Source of the DNA: a virus
Taxonomy: Duplodnaviria; Caudoviricetes
DNA: 64,000 nucleotides
Strand: one strand, 5' to 3'
IMG/VR virus record: IMGVR_UViG_3300033463_000045
Location: 1 to 64,000 of that record
This document shows positions 1 through 9,470 of the stretch, piece after piece (position 1 is the first letter of the stretch; each line of letters starts with the position of its first letter). The notes beneath the pieces are model-generated. The model was not told where the DNA came from, made no database searches, and was given only the letters and a program-made list of their open reading frames with translations. The translations under genes were made by a program, and so were the position numbers.

Positions 1-2
1 CG

Positions 3-728
3 ATAGTAAATGCAGGAACTGCATTAAAGAATGCTTATTTCTATATAGTATCTGCAGCAGGAACTACATTAGCAGAAAAACAAGATGCAACTTCTAATTA
101 TATTCCATCTGATAAAGGTGTTATGTATATTCCAGATAGTTGTACAATGGGTGATGCAACAATTACTGTTCCATTTGAAATTGCTGCACTATATGCGTGG
201 GCAACTACTTATAATGTAAATAGATATTATGCTCCAGCCGGAGTTAAGAGAGGCGTATTAAATTTAGTATCTAATGTTATAAATAATTTAACTGACTTAG
301 ATGCTGAAGTAATCTATAATGCTGATGTTCCAGCAAACCCAGTTAAATATCTAACTAATTATGGATTTACTATATATGGACAAAAGACTATGGATGCTTC
401 TCAAGTATTTACAAATAGAATTAATGTAAGTAACTTAGTTAATTATATTAAAATTCAAGGTAATATTATATTACAACCATATCTATTTGAATATACACCA
501 GTTAGTACTTTCCAAAAAGTATATATGGATTTAGATAAATTATTATCTGGTTTAGCAACTCAAGAAGTATTATATGATGATTATCAAATAGTTTGTGATA
601 TATCAAATAATACCGTTGAAACATTAGCAAATCATGAATTACATGCTGCTATCGCTATTAGACCTATTAATGTAACTGAATATATCTATTTAGATTTAAC
701 TGTTACTGATAAGTTAGGAGGAGAATAA
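3..728 (+). CDS. Contractile tail sheath protein, C-terminal part (5'-truncated by the window edge)
   Basis: The frame is open from nt 3, upstream of the ATG at 123. Sheath C-terminal motifs: YAPAG..RG, NPV..GFTIYGQKT, RINVSNL, YLFE, CDISNNT, IRPINVTEYI. Directly precedes the tube gene. Confidence 0.9.
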   Translation: MVNAGTALKNAYFYIVSAAGTTLAEKQDATSNYIPSDKGVMYIPDSCTMGDATITVPFEIAALYAWATTYNVNRYYAPAGVKRGVLNLVSNVINNLTDLDAEVIYNADVPANPVKYLTNYGFTIYGQKTMDASQVFTNRINVSNLVNYIKIQGNIILQPYLFEYTPVSTFQKVYMDLDKLLSGLATQEVLYDDYQIVCDISNNTVETLANHELHAAIAIRPINVTEYIYLDLTVTDKLGGE

Positions 729-729
729 T

Positions 730-1344
730 ATGGAGAAGAGATTACCATTAAATATTCAATTATTTGCTGATACTCAATTAATGCCTTTAAGTGATGAAAA
801 CATTACACCAGTATTAACTCCAGACTTTTTCAATACAGATGATTATCAATTACAATTACAAGAAAACTTTATAGTAATATTTGAAAGTAAAGATGGATTT
901 GATGGTTTTGAATTACTTGCTGCAAGTGTTACACTTCCTACTCGTAGTTATGAAGCACTTCAAGTAAATTATGCAAATAAAACTATAAATGTTGCTGGTC
1001 GTGTATCATTTAGTAATATGTCAATTGTAGTTAGAGATGTTATTAGTAAAGACACTGAATTACAACTTACTAAATGGGCTGAATCTATCCTATCTGTAAA
1101 GAAAGGTACTAGAGGAAGTATTGAAAAATACAAAGTTAATGTTGAAGTTATTCCACTAAGTCCAAATGGAGATAAAGGAAGACCTTCTATTGCTAGAGGT
1201 TGTTTCCCTGTAAGTATTAACTGGGGTGATTTAAGTTATGATAACACTGGAATCAGAACTTTAAATATTGAACTTGCAGTCGATGACTTTGCTCGTAAAG
1301 AAGTATGGACTGGCGCTGTAGACCAATCAAGCTTTGAAAGATAA
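730..1344 (+). CDS. Tail tube protein (T4 gp19-like) with N-terminal LNIQLF|A extension
   Basis: Follows the sheath gene. SVTLP...AGRVSF, GCFPVSINWGDLSYD tube-like pattern. A terminator follows. Confidence 0.85.
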   Translation: MEKRLPLNIQLFADTQLMPLSDENITPVLTPDFFNTDDYQLQLQENFIVIFESKDGFDGFELLAASVTLPTRSYEALQVNYANKTINVAGRVSFSNMSIVVRDVISKDTELQLTKWAESILSVKKGTRGSIEKYKVNVEVIPLSPNGDKGRPSIARGCFPVSINWGDLSYDNTGIRTLNIELAVDDFARKEVWTGAVDQSSFER

Positions 1345-1356
1345 TTAGAATATTAT

Positions 1357-1389
1357 AAAAAGAACTATTAATTTAGTTCTTTTTATTTT
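1357..1389 (+). terminator. Intrinsic terminator
   Basis: AAAAAGAACTA-TTAATT-TAGTTCTTTTT hairpin plus U-tract. Confidence 0.8.
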
Positions 1390-1400
1390 GCTTTAATAAT

Positions 1401-1416
1401 TTCATAATATATAATA
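1401..1416 (+). promoter_or_regulatory. Phage-specific promoter-like motif TTCATAATATATAATA
   Basis: The same 16-mer recurs just upstream of SD sites across the window (see findings). Confidence 0.7.
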
Positions 1417-1482
1417 AGAGGTGGTATTAAATGAATTGATACCAAAAACATAATTATATAATAGAAGGAGAGAAAATATATT

Positions 1483-2799
1483 ATGAATATAATTATTGAA
1501 GGACCTGATGCAACAGGTAAAACAACTTTAGCTGAAAAGCTACAAAAGAAATATGGAATGGGTTATTTACATAGCACTTCTAAAACACCTAATGATTTAA
1601 AATATCATATGGACTTATTAGATAAAGATAATATGGTATATGATAGATTTATGTGTGGTGAATTAGTATACCCAGAAATATATGGTAGAGAACCAAAAAT
1701 GAATATCGATGAAATCTTACAAGTTATGCAAAAGATTGTAGATAATAATGATATTTTAATTATTATGTATGCATCTAATTTAGATACTTTAAAAGAAAGA
1801 TTAGTTGCTAGAGGAGAAATAGATTATCTAAAAGAAATTGAACAACAAAATATTTTATTTCAAAAAGTTATTTATGTTTTAGATGCTTATGAATATAAAC
1901 ATTTCTTAGCTGTCGATGTAAGTAAAGCAGAAAATTATGATAAATTAGATAGCTATATTGATAGAGTATTTAATCAAAAAACAGTAAATATTCAATATAG
2001 ACAAGCATGTAGAGATTTATTAGAAAAAGGACATGAAGTAGAAAGTCCAAACGCATCTAGAGGTAATTCATTAGAATTAAATAATTATATGTTTACTGTA
2101 GATGACATTGAAGATAATGTTGTTACTTTAAAAACTAGAGATACTTCATTAACTTATTTAGCCGCAGAATTATTATGGTATTGGCAAAGTAGAAATGATG
2201 TTGACTTTATAGGTAAATTTGCTAAATTATGGAAAAGAATATCTGATGATGGTAAAACAAGTAATTCTGCTTATGGTTATTTATTACAAGAAAAACATGG
2301 ATTTAATCAAATAGAAACTATAATTGATTTATTACAAAAAGACCCATCATCTAGAAGAGCCGTATTAAATTTAAATGTTCCTAATCCTAATGTAGCAACT
2401 ACTAAAGATGAAATTTGCACTATTTGCTTAAATTATTTTATTAGAGATGGAAAATTACATTGTACAGGAATGATGAGAAGTAATGATATTATATTCGGTT
2501 TGACTTATGATATTACTTATTTTACTCAATTACAAAAATATATTGCTAGAAGATTAAATATTCCTACTGGAAGTTATACTCATTTTGCAACTTCAATTCA
2601 TGGTTATGATAAAGACTTTGATAAAATAAGAGATATTGCTAATGGAGATTTAACAACTATAGATAAAAGATTAGATATAGATTGGTTATTAACAGAAAAG
2701 AATATGAAAAAATTAACTGATTATGTAGATAATGAATTTGTATCTAAAGAAGATTTTACTGAACAATGTCAAACATTAGGAGTTATTAGAAGAAGATAA
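1483..2799 (+). CDS. Fusion of dNMP kinase (N-term) and thymidylate-synthase-family dCMP hydroxymethylase (T4 gp42-like)
   Basis: P-loop GPDATGKTT and DR motif at the N-terminus. C-terminal NSAYG, catalytic C in ICT, and RSNDIIFGLTYD with Asp at the position that is Asn in dUMP-specific TS. Confidence 0.85.
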   Translation: MNIIIEGPDATGKTTLAEKLQKKYGMGYLHSTSKTPNDLKYHMDLLDKDNMVYDRFMCGELVYPEIYGREPKMNIDEILQVMQKIVDNNDILIIMYASNLDTLKERLVARGEIDYLKEIEQQNILFQKVIYVLDAYEYKHFLAVDVSKAENYDKLDSYIDRVFNQKTVNIQYRQACRDLLEKGHEVESPNASRGNSLELNNYMFTVDDIEDNVVTLKTRDTSLTYLAAELLWYWQSRNDVDFIGKFAKLWKRISDDGKTSNSAYGYLLQEKHGFNQIETIIDLLQKDPSSRRAVLNLNVPNPNVATTKDEICTICLNYFIRDGKLHCTGMMRSNDIIFGLTYDITYFTQLQKYIARRLNIPTGSYTHFATSIHGYDKDFDKIRDIANGDLTTIDKRLDIDWLLTEKNMKKLTDYVDNEFVSKEDFTEQCQTLGVIRRR

Positions 2800-2800
2800 T

Positions 2801-3931
2801 ATGAAAGTAGCAGTAATTAAATTAGGAAGTAGAATAGCAATATCTTCTAGAGGAACTTCAGGAGGAACTGGAGAAGCATTATCAATTATAAAAATGTTGA
2901 CAAATGCAAAAGTTGATGTAGATGTATATACTGAAATATTATCTAAAGATGAGATTAATGATTTAGATTTTAATATTTATAATATTGAAGATACATATAA
3001 AGATATAAATAATAAAGATTATAATGCTTTAATAGTATTAAATGGAAATGTTAATTATTTTGGAGGAGTTGATTCTCCTTCTCAAACATTAAATTATTAT
3101 ATAATTAATAATTTTAAAGGAAAAATATTCTATATTTTATGTGATTGTAATTTATTATTAAAACAAGTATGGAAATCTATTGAAAATAAAGATTGGGTAA
3201 ATAATTATAAAAAAGATGATATAAATATTACTAGAAATGATATAATTTATATATCTCAACCTAGAGATATAAGCAAATTAAAAAACAAGCTCTCTAAGCT
3301 AGATATTATAATAGATGATATAATTCATTACCCATTTGAAAAGTTTCCTCTGGTGACATCAGAATACCTCCAGATTAATCCTAAATATGAATATGACATA
3401 TCATATGGCGGAACATTTAGAGGAGGTAAAAGAGAGAAAGATATGGTTAAATTTTACTTTGACTATCCAGAAGATATTAAAGTAGAAATGTTTGGAAAAA
3501 TAACGGAATCTAATTTTAATAAAGATTTAATAAAAGATTTAAGATTACCTATATTTAATAAAGCAGTTCCATATAATGAATTTAATAATAAAATGTCTAA
3601 TTCATTAGCAACAATAATAATTGGAGACCCATTATATAAGCAATTAGATGACTTAGCTCAAAGAATATATGAATCTATATTAGTAGGAAATATAGTATTT
3701 ATAGATAGTAGTTATGATTATAATAAAAGAGTATTTAAAAATGAAGAATTAATTAAATTTAATTATGTATCTAATAAAGAAGAAGTTATAGATAGAATAA
3801 GATTATTAAAAGAAAATGAAGAATTAAGAAATCATATAATAGAATTACAAAGACAAGATACTGAAATAGATATTAATAAATATTGTAATGATTTTGTTAA
3901 TATAATAAAGGAGAAAATAAATTATGAATAA
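2801..3931 (+). CDS. bgt: DNA beta-glucosyltransferase homologue (T4 BGT family)
   Basis: Collinear matches to T4 BGT: NGNVNYFGG (NSSINFFGG), YGGTFRGGKREKDMVKF (YGGSFRSGQRESKMVEF), IIIGDPLY (LIIGDKNY), RIYE, FID..D, E.IDRI.LLK. Confidence 0.88.
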   Translation: MKVAVIKLGSRIAISSRGTSGGTGEALSIIKMLTNAKVDVDVYTEILSKDEINDLDFNIYNIEDTYKDINNKDYNALIVLNGNVNYFGGVDSPSQTLNYYIINNFKGKIFYILCDCNLLLKQVWKSIENKDWVNNYKKDDINITRNDIIYISQPRDISKLKNKLSKLDIIIDDIIHYPFEKFPLVTSEYLQINPKYEYDISYGGTFRGGKREKDMVKFYFDYPEDIKVEMFGKITESNFNKDLIKDLRLPIFNKAVPYNEFNNKMSNSLATIIIGDPLYKQLDDLAQRIYESILVGNIVFIDSSYDYNKRVFKNEELIKFNYVSNKEEVIDRIRLLKENEELRNHIIELQRQDTEIDINKYCNDFVNIIKEKINYE

Positions 3932-4940
3932 AGGAAATATAACAATTTTATCAGGAGGTTCTGGTAATACAGCAATAATTAATGCAATATTACCAAATCC
4001 AGATATTAATTTACAAATAATAACAAATGCATATGATTCAGGAAAATCAACTGGAATATGCCGTAAAATAACAAATACATTAGGAGTATCAGATATTAGA
4101 AAAAATCATTTTAAAGTATATAAAAATTTACATAAAGATGATTTAGATAATAATTTAGTAGAATTTTATAAATCTAGATTAGATTTAACTAAAGGAAAAG
4201 AATTAGAAGAGGTAAAAGATTTCCTAGAAAAAAATAATTTATCTAATCTTATTAAATATGCAGAAAAATTCTTTGAAAGAGAAGAAGCAAATAAATATGA
4301 ATATAAAGATTTTAGCATAGCAAATATTATATATTCAGAGATGTATGCTGAAATTGGCTATAATATGACAAATGATTATTTTACTGATTTATTAAAAATA
4401 CCTAGCTGTGTTAAAATAAATTCATTTGATGATGCATATATAAATGCAATAACTTATAATGGTAATATTATTCCAGATGAAGGAGATATTGTTGAATATA
4501 AAAATTCTGAAGATAAAATAAAAGATATTTTATATACGAATGTTACTAAATCAAATGGTTTAAATCCAGAAGTTGTAGATATAATTAATAATTCTAATTA
4601 TATTATAATTTCTACTGGAACTTTCTGGTCTTCATTATACCCTACATTACATTATTTAGATTTTTATAAATTAATTAATAATTCTAATGCAAAGAAAATT
4701 TGGATTATTAATACTGAAGAAGATAAAGATTCTTATGGTGTAAGTAGTAATATGTTTATAGATAGATTAGAAGAATTAGGATTAGATTTATCTAACTTTA
4801 TTATAGTAGAAAATCTAGATGCAATTGATTCATTAAAAGAAAAGAATGAAAAACATAATATATTATATAAACATTTAGGAAATATAAATGGTTTAAATGA
4901 ATCAGATTTATTAAAAGAGTTATTTAGTGAAATAGAATAA
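3924..4940 (+). CDS. CofD/YvcK (UPF0052) family protein
   Basis: LSGGSG, NAYDSGKSTG..GVSDIR, GTFWSSLYP motifs typical of CofD-like/YvcK proteins. Confidence 0.75.
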   Translation: MNKGNITILSGGSGNTAIINAILPNPDINLQIITNAYDSGKSTGICRKITNTLGVSDIRKNHFKVYKNLHKDDLDNNLVEFYKSRLDLTKGKELEEVKDFLEKNNLSNLIKYAEKFFEREEANKYEYKDFSIANIIYSEMYAEIGYNMTNDYFTDLLKIPSCVKINSFDDAYINAITYNGNIIPDEGDIVEYKNSEDKIKDILYTNVTKSNGLNPEVVDIINNSNYIIISTGTFWSSLYPTLHYLDFYKLINNSNAKKIWIINTEEDKDSYGVSSNMFIDRLEELGLDLSNFIIVENLDAIDSLKEKNEKHNILYKHLGNINGLNESDLLKELFSEIE

Positions 4941-4953
4941 GAGGTAATTATAT

Positions 4954-6288
4954 ATGATTAATTTATATGATTTTGATGATACATTATGGAGTAGAAATCC
5001 AGATGAGATAGAAAAATCTATTGAAAATATTAAATTACTAAATGAATTACCTGATACTTATATTGTGTCAGGTAATTCATATCAACATATTAAAGAAAAA
5101 ATCGAGTTGGCTTTAGGAGATATAAATAATTGTAATATAAATATAATTGCGGATGCTAACACTAATTTATATAAAAATAATAAAATTATTTCAAGTATAA
5201 AAAATATGTCTATAACTAATTATGAAGAGATAATTAAAAAAATTGAAAAATTAGGTTATAAAAATAAAATGACAATATTATATAATATTAATAATGAACC
5301 TATAAATATAAAAATAAAACCTTTAGATAACGATGAAAGAGATTATTTATATTATGAATTAAATGATAATATAAATAAAGTAGTTAAAGCAGGTAAAACA
5401 ACAATTGATATATTAAATATTAATAATAACAAAATAAATATTTTTAATTCTTTTAATATAGATAGAAATAACTGCATTTATTTTGGTGATGAAATTAAAT
5501 ATGGTAATGATAAAGATATTGCATTATTATGTAAAGAATATATTGAAATAGATTCTATATATAAAATGAATAAAATATTAAATAGAGGAAAATTAATTTA
5601 TGGTTTAATAATTGCTGCCGGAAATCAAACAAGATTTAAAACAGATATTCCTAAAGCAATTATGCCTATAAATAATACAACATTATTAGATATAAATATA
5701 AAATCAATGTCAAACTATACAGATAAAATATATGTGGTTTGCTCATATAATAATAAAGATTATTTTGATAATTATAATACAATTATAATAAATTCAGGTA
5801 AAGGTTGTGGAGATGCTATTTTAAAAGCATTAGATTATTTATCTGATAATAATGATTGTTATATTAAATGGGGAGATTCATTACATTTAGACGATATTTA
5901 TAATAGAATGAATATAAATAATAAAATGGTAATTCCTGTTAGATATGAAGAAAATCCATATGTTCAAATAATAGCAAATGAAAATAATAAAATAGAGAAA
6001 ATATTATTTTCTAAATATGGAGAAAATATAACTGATGGTTATCATGATTTAAGTTTATTTTATGCAAATATTGGTTATTTAAAATATTATTTAAAAGAAT
6101 TTGCTAATAAAATATTAGATAAAGAAACAAATTCATATATTCATAAGCATAATAATGAATTACAATTCTTAGATGTTTTTAATGAAACTGAAATAGAATG
6201 CTATATTGATATATTAAATGGAATAAATGATTATTCATTTAATACGTTAGAAGAATTTAATAAGTTATTTAATGAACAAACAAAATAA
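4954..6288 (+). CDS. Fusion of HAD-IIB phosphatase/phosphomutase and NTP-sugar nucleotidyltransferase
   Basis: N-term DFDDT, SGN, GKTTIDI, FGDE..GNDKDI (PMM/Cof-like). C-term IIAAGNQTRFKTDIPKA, GCGDAI, WGD (GlmU/MobA-like). Confidence 0.78.
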   Translation: MINLYDFDDTLWSRNPDEIEKSIENIKLLNELPDTYIVSGNSYQHIKEKIELALGDINNCNINIIADANTNLYKNNKIISSIKNMSITNYEEIIKKIEKLGYKNKMTILYNINNEPINIKIKPLDNDERDYLYYELNDNINKVVKAGKTTIDILNINNNKINIFNSFNIDRNNCIYFGDEIKYGNDKDIALLCKEYIEIDSIYKMNKILNRGKLIYGLIIAAGNQTRFKTDIPKAIMPINNTTLLDINIKSMSNYTDKIYVVCSYNNKDYFDNYNTIIINSGKGCGDAILKALDYLSDNNDCYIKWGDSLHLDDIYNRMNINNKMVIPVRYEENPYVQIIANENNKIEKILFSKYGENITDGYHDLSLFYANIGYLKYYLKEFANKILDKETNSYIHKHNNELQFLDVFNETEIECYIDILNGINDYSFNTLEEFNKLFNEQTK

Positions 6289-6290
6289 AT

Positions 6291-6306
6291 TTCATAATAT
6301 ATAATA
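6291..6306 (+). promoter_or_regulatory. Phage promoter-like motif copy
   Basis: TTCATAATATATAATA followed by GAAAGGA SD. Confidence 0.7.
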
Positions 6307-6320
6307 GAAAGGAAGATAAT

Positions 6321-6791
6321 ATGAAATATTTTATTGATTTTGAAGAACTAATTTATGCAAAAACAACTGAAGTTAAAAGTCCAATAAGAGGACATGAAAA
6401 CGATGCTGGTATTGATTTCTTTGTACCAGATAATTTTGAAAAAGTTACACTACTTCCAAATGAAGATATAAAAATTGATTCTGGAATAAGAGTTATAGTT
6501 CCTAATAATTGGGCATTTATATTTAAAGAAAAATCTGGAGTAGCAACAAATAGAAAATTAACTTGCGGAGCAGCCGTAATTGATTCTGGTTATAGAGGTA
6601 ATGTTCATTTTCATCTATTTAATAATGGAACAGAACCTCAAACAATTGAAGCTGGAGATAAAATAACTCAAGCATTAATTATTCCAGTGTCATTGTGTCA
6701 ACCTAAAGAAATATCTTTAGAAGAATATGAAAAAATGTATAATGATACATCTAGAGGTTCTAAAGGATTCGGTTCAACTGGTACAAAATAA
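6321..6791 (+). CDS. dut: Trimeric dUTPase
   Basis: AGIDF, KSG, VIDSGYRG, GDKITQ, RGSKGFGSTG motifs I-V. Confidence 0.93.
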   Translation: MKYFIDFEELIYAKTTEVKSPIRGHENDAGIDFFVPDNFEKVTLLPNEDIKIDSGIRVIVPNNWAFIFKEKSGVATNRKLTCGAAVIDSGYRGNVHFHLFNNGTEPQTIEAGDKITQALIIPVSLCQPKEISLEEYEKMYNDTSRGSKGFGSTGTK

Positions 6792-6810
6792 AAAGTAAGG
6801 AGATGAAATA

Positions 6811-7197
6811 ATGGATTCAGAAAAAGTTTTTAATTATAATAAAGATATGGAATTTAAAATTTATATTAATTATATGCAATCTGGTGATAGTGAACCATAT
6901 ATATTTCGTGATATTTTAACAATTAATAATTTAGACTTTATAAGAAAATCACAATTAACTGGAGATTATAAAAATGATTTATATGTATATTATAAACAAG
7001 TAATGTCTAAAATTTATAGAAAATATGGAAAATTAAAACCTGGAAGTGAAGTTGCAATAGTAAATGATGAAGTATTATATGTAAATGATTTTAATCCATT
7101 TGAAAAACCATTTAGATATGAAAAAGATTTAGATAGTCCTGATAATCTTAATTATCTAGATGAAAGAAATAAACCTGGTGAATACTCTTTTATTTAG
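6811..7197 (+). CDS. Hypothetical protein
   Basis: ORF with AAGGAG SD; no recognised motif. Confidence 0.6.
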   Translation: MDSEKVFNYNKDMEFKIYINYMQSGDSEPYIFRDILTINNLDFIRKSQLTGDYKNDLYVYYKQVMSKIYRKYGKLKPGSEVAIVNDEVLYVNDFNPFEKPFRYEKDLDSPDNLNYLDERNKPGEYSFI

Positions 7198-7244
7198 ATA
7201 ATAAAAATATATTATAAAAATAAAACATTCACCAGAATGTCTCT

Positions 7245-7274
7245 AAATAGTCAATATTAATTATTGACTATTTT
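7245..7274 (+). terminator. Intrinsic terminator
   Basis: AAATAGTCAATA-TTAAT-TATTGACTATTTT. Confidence 0.7.
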
Positions 7275-7338
7275 AATTTAATTTATTAAAAATTTTCATT
7301 AATTATAGAAAGGAATTAGACAAATAAGGAGGTAATTT

Positions 7339-8970
7339 ATGTTAAATATTCAATTATATAATAGAACTAAAAATACTTCTGGTTACATAGATAAATATGG
7401 TATAATTCAACACGATTTAGATGCTTATTGGGTTACTACAGATTATATGCAAGTTACTCCAGAAAGCAAATGTACTTATAATGGTCTTAGTTTTGTAGAT
7501 GAAAATCAATATGGTGCATTTTATGATATAGACATGAATTTTATGTCAACATTTAATTTACAAGCAGAGGAAACAGAAATAACAATTCCTGATAATGTAT
7601 ATTATGTTAGATTTAGTTTATGTCGTCATACTAAAATGAACTTATTTAGTCAAGAATTAGAAGTAGGTTCAATAAATGAAATATCTGGTTCTAATGAAGC
7701 AGGAGATACATTTAGAAGAACTATTGGTTATATAGATGCTGATAATTTATCTGATATAATTCCAGGTAATAAATATACAATATCAACAACTTCTCCTGTA
7801 TATCAAATGGTATTATATTATTATCGTAAAGCTCATGATGAATCTATTATTTATAATTCTTATATGACAACTCCATTTAATGAAGAAATAGATGAATGCA
7901 CTTTTACAGTTCCTAATATAGAAAACCTTTATGGAATAAGAGCAAAATTTTATAATCCAGAAGGTATTGATTTTAATGTAATGTTAAATTCAGGAGAAAA
8001 TTCATTACCTTATGTTCAATATACAGAAACAAATAATGATGATACAACTACATTTAATTTTTATATCTGGGCAGAAGCTTACACTGGATTTAGAGATGAG
8101 TTATATCATTGGATGAAGGAAACATTATCACCAAATTTAACTGAAGGTGATTTAGATATTATAGTTAAATTAATGTGTTATATATTTGGTGATTTATCTG
8201 GTTTAGTATATAATTTAAAAGCACAAATAGACCCAGATAAAGCAGAAGAAATATATTTAAGACATTTAGGTTCAAATATTGGTTATGAATGGAATAATGC
8301 ATTAACTGCAGAAGAACAAAGAGAAGCAATTAAATTATATATTGATTTACAAAAGAAGAGAGGTACAGTATTTAGTTTACAAAACTTAATTGCTGTATTT
8401 GGACAAGATAGAGATAGTTATTATTCTACATCTGATTTAAGAGGAGTTAATATTATTGAAGGTGGAAAAGATGGAGAACCTGTTGGAACAGCAGATTCTA
8501 ATGGATTATATCCTGGAGATATAATGATAGAAATTCCTCAATATAGTAATATATTAATAGATGCAATAGATAATATAAGATTAATAGGAACAAGAATTAT
8601 ATTTACTTATGTAATATATTGTGGACCATTTGATTTATCTATTAATACAGATGCAGGACATGAATTAAATATGTTCTTTGACCCAGCATATTGGGGATAT
8701 GACCCTACAATAGAAGAATTTACATCTATTGTTGAAGATATGTATGGACAAGATTATACAATAGATAATATTAAAGATTGGCCAATTGTAAATACAAGAG
8801 TTAGTAATTGTCAAGCAAATACATGTTGTGTAGTTTATACTTCATATAAAGAACCATTTGAAAAAGGTTTTGTATGGCATGAAGCTGGAAATACTAATTA
8901 TCAAGGATTTATGATGGATGATGATACATTAAAAGAAGACGATTCAATGTATGGTTATGGTCATGAATAA
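7339..8970 (+). CDS. Baseplate wedge protein with P2 gpI-like domain
   Basis: IDPDKAEEIYLRHLGSNIGY..QREAIK..KKRGT pattern of the tail_P2_I / gp7-like domain. Confidence 0.7.
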   Translation: MLNIQLYNRTKNTSGYIDKYGIIQHDLDAYWVTTDYMQVTPESKCTYNGLSFVDENQYGAFYDIDMNFMSTFNLQAEETEITIPDNVYYVRFSLCRHTKMNLFSQELEVGSINEISGSNEAGDTFRRTIGYIDADNLSDIIPGNKYTISTTSPVYQMVLYYYRKAHDESIIYNSYMTTPFNEEIDECTFTVPNIENLYGIRAKFYNPEGIDFNVMLNSGENSLPYVQYTETNNDDTTTFNFYIWAEAYTGFRDELYHWMKETLSPNLTEGDLDIIVKLMCYIFGDLSGLVYNLKAQIDPDKAEEIYLRHLGSNIGYEWNNALTAEEQREAIKLYIDLQKKRGTVFSLQNLIAVFGQDRDSYYSTSDLRGVNIIEGGKDGEPVGTADSNGLYPGDIMIEIPQYSNILIDAIDNIRLIGTRIIFTYVIYCGPFDLSINTDAGHELNMFFDPAYWGYDPTIEEFTSIVEDMYGQDYTIDNIKDWPIVNTRVSNCQANTCCVVYTSYKEPFEKGFVWHEAGNTNYQGFMMDDDTLKEDDSMYGYGHE

Positions 8971-9026
8971 AAATAAACTATTTAATAATTAATTTCATAT
9001 TATAATATAAATAAGGAGATTGAGAT

Positions 9027-9458
9027 ATGTACGGAGCAATAACTGATGAAGTAAATAAATTATATGATGAAGAAAAAGAAACTCAAGATATGACTTCTAT
9101 TGAAGATTTATATAATGAATTATATTATACTAAAACAGCATTAGAAAATTTAGATACAAATAGAAATCATACAGAATTAACTGATGATGACTTTAAAAAG
9201 TTAAAAGAATTAGTAATACAAGGTAATTCATTAACTGAAGCATATATGAATATATTACCTAATGATGTATTAAAAGATTGTAAAGATGTTATTAAAAATT
9301 ATAATGATGAATTATTAGATGCAATAGTTAATAGTAAAAATGTTAGAGATTATAATGCTAATATACAATTATTAATAGATAATTTATCAACTATATATGA
9401 AAATAAAGAATATTCTTTAGAAGAATTAAAAAATATATTAGATAATGAAAATTTTTAA
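9027..9458 (+). CDS. Hypothetical acidic helical protein
   Basis: ORF with SD and an upstream promoter-like variant at 8994. Confidence 0.6.
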   Translation: MYGAITDEVNKLYDEEKETQDMTSIEDLYNELYYTKTALENLDTNRNHTELTDDDFKKLKELVIQGNSLTEAYMNILPNDVLKDCKDVIKNYNDELLDAIVNSKNVRDYNANIQLLIDNLSTIYENKEYSLEELKNILDNENF

Positions 9459-9470
9459 GGAGGAATTTAA

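Noticed and set aside
1483-2799. Ordinary thymidylate synthase (thyA)
   Set aside because: The specificity residue is Asp rather than Asn, and the gene is coupled to a BGT homologue.
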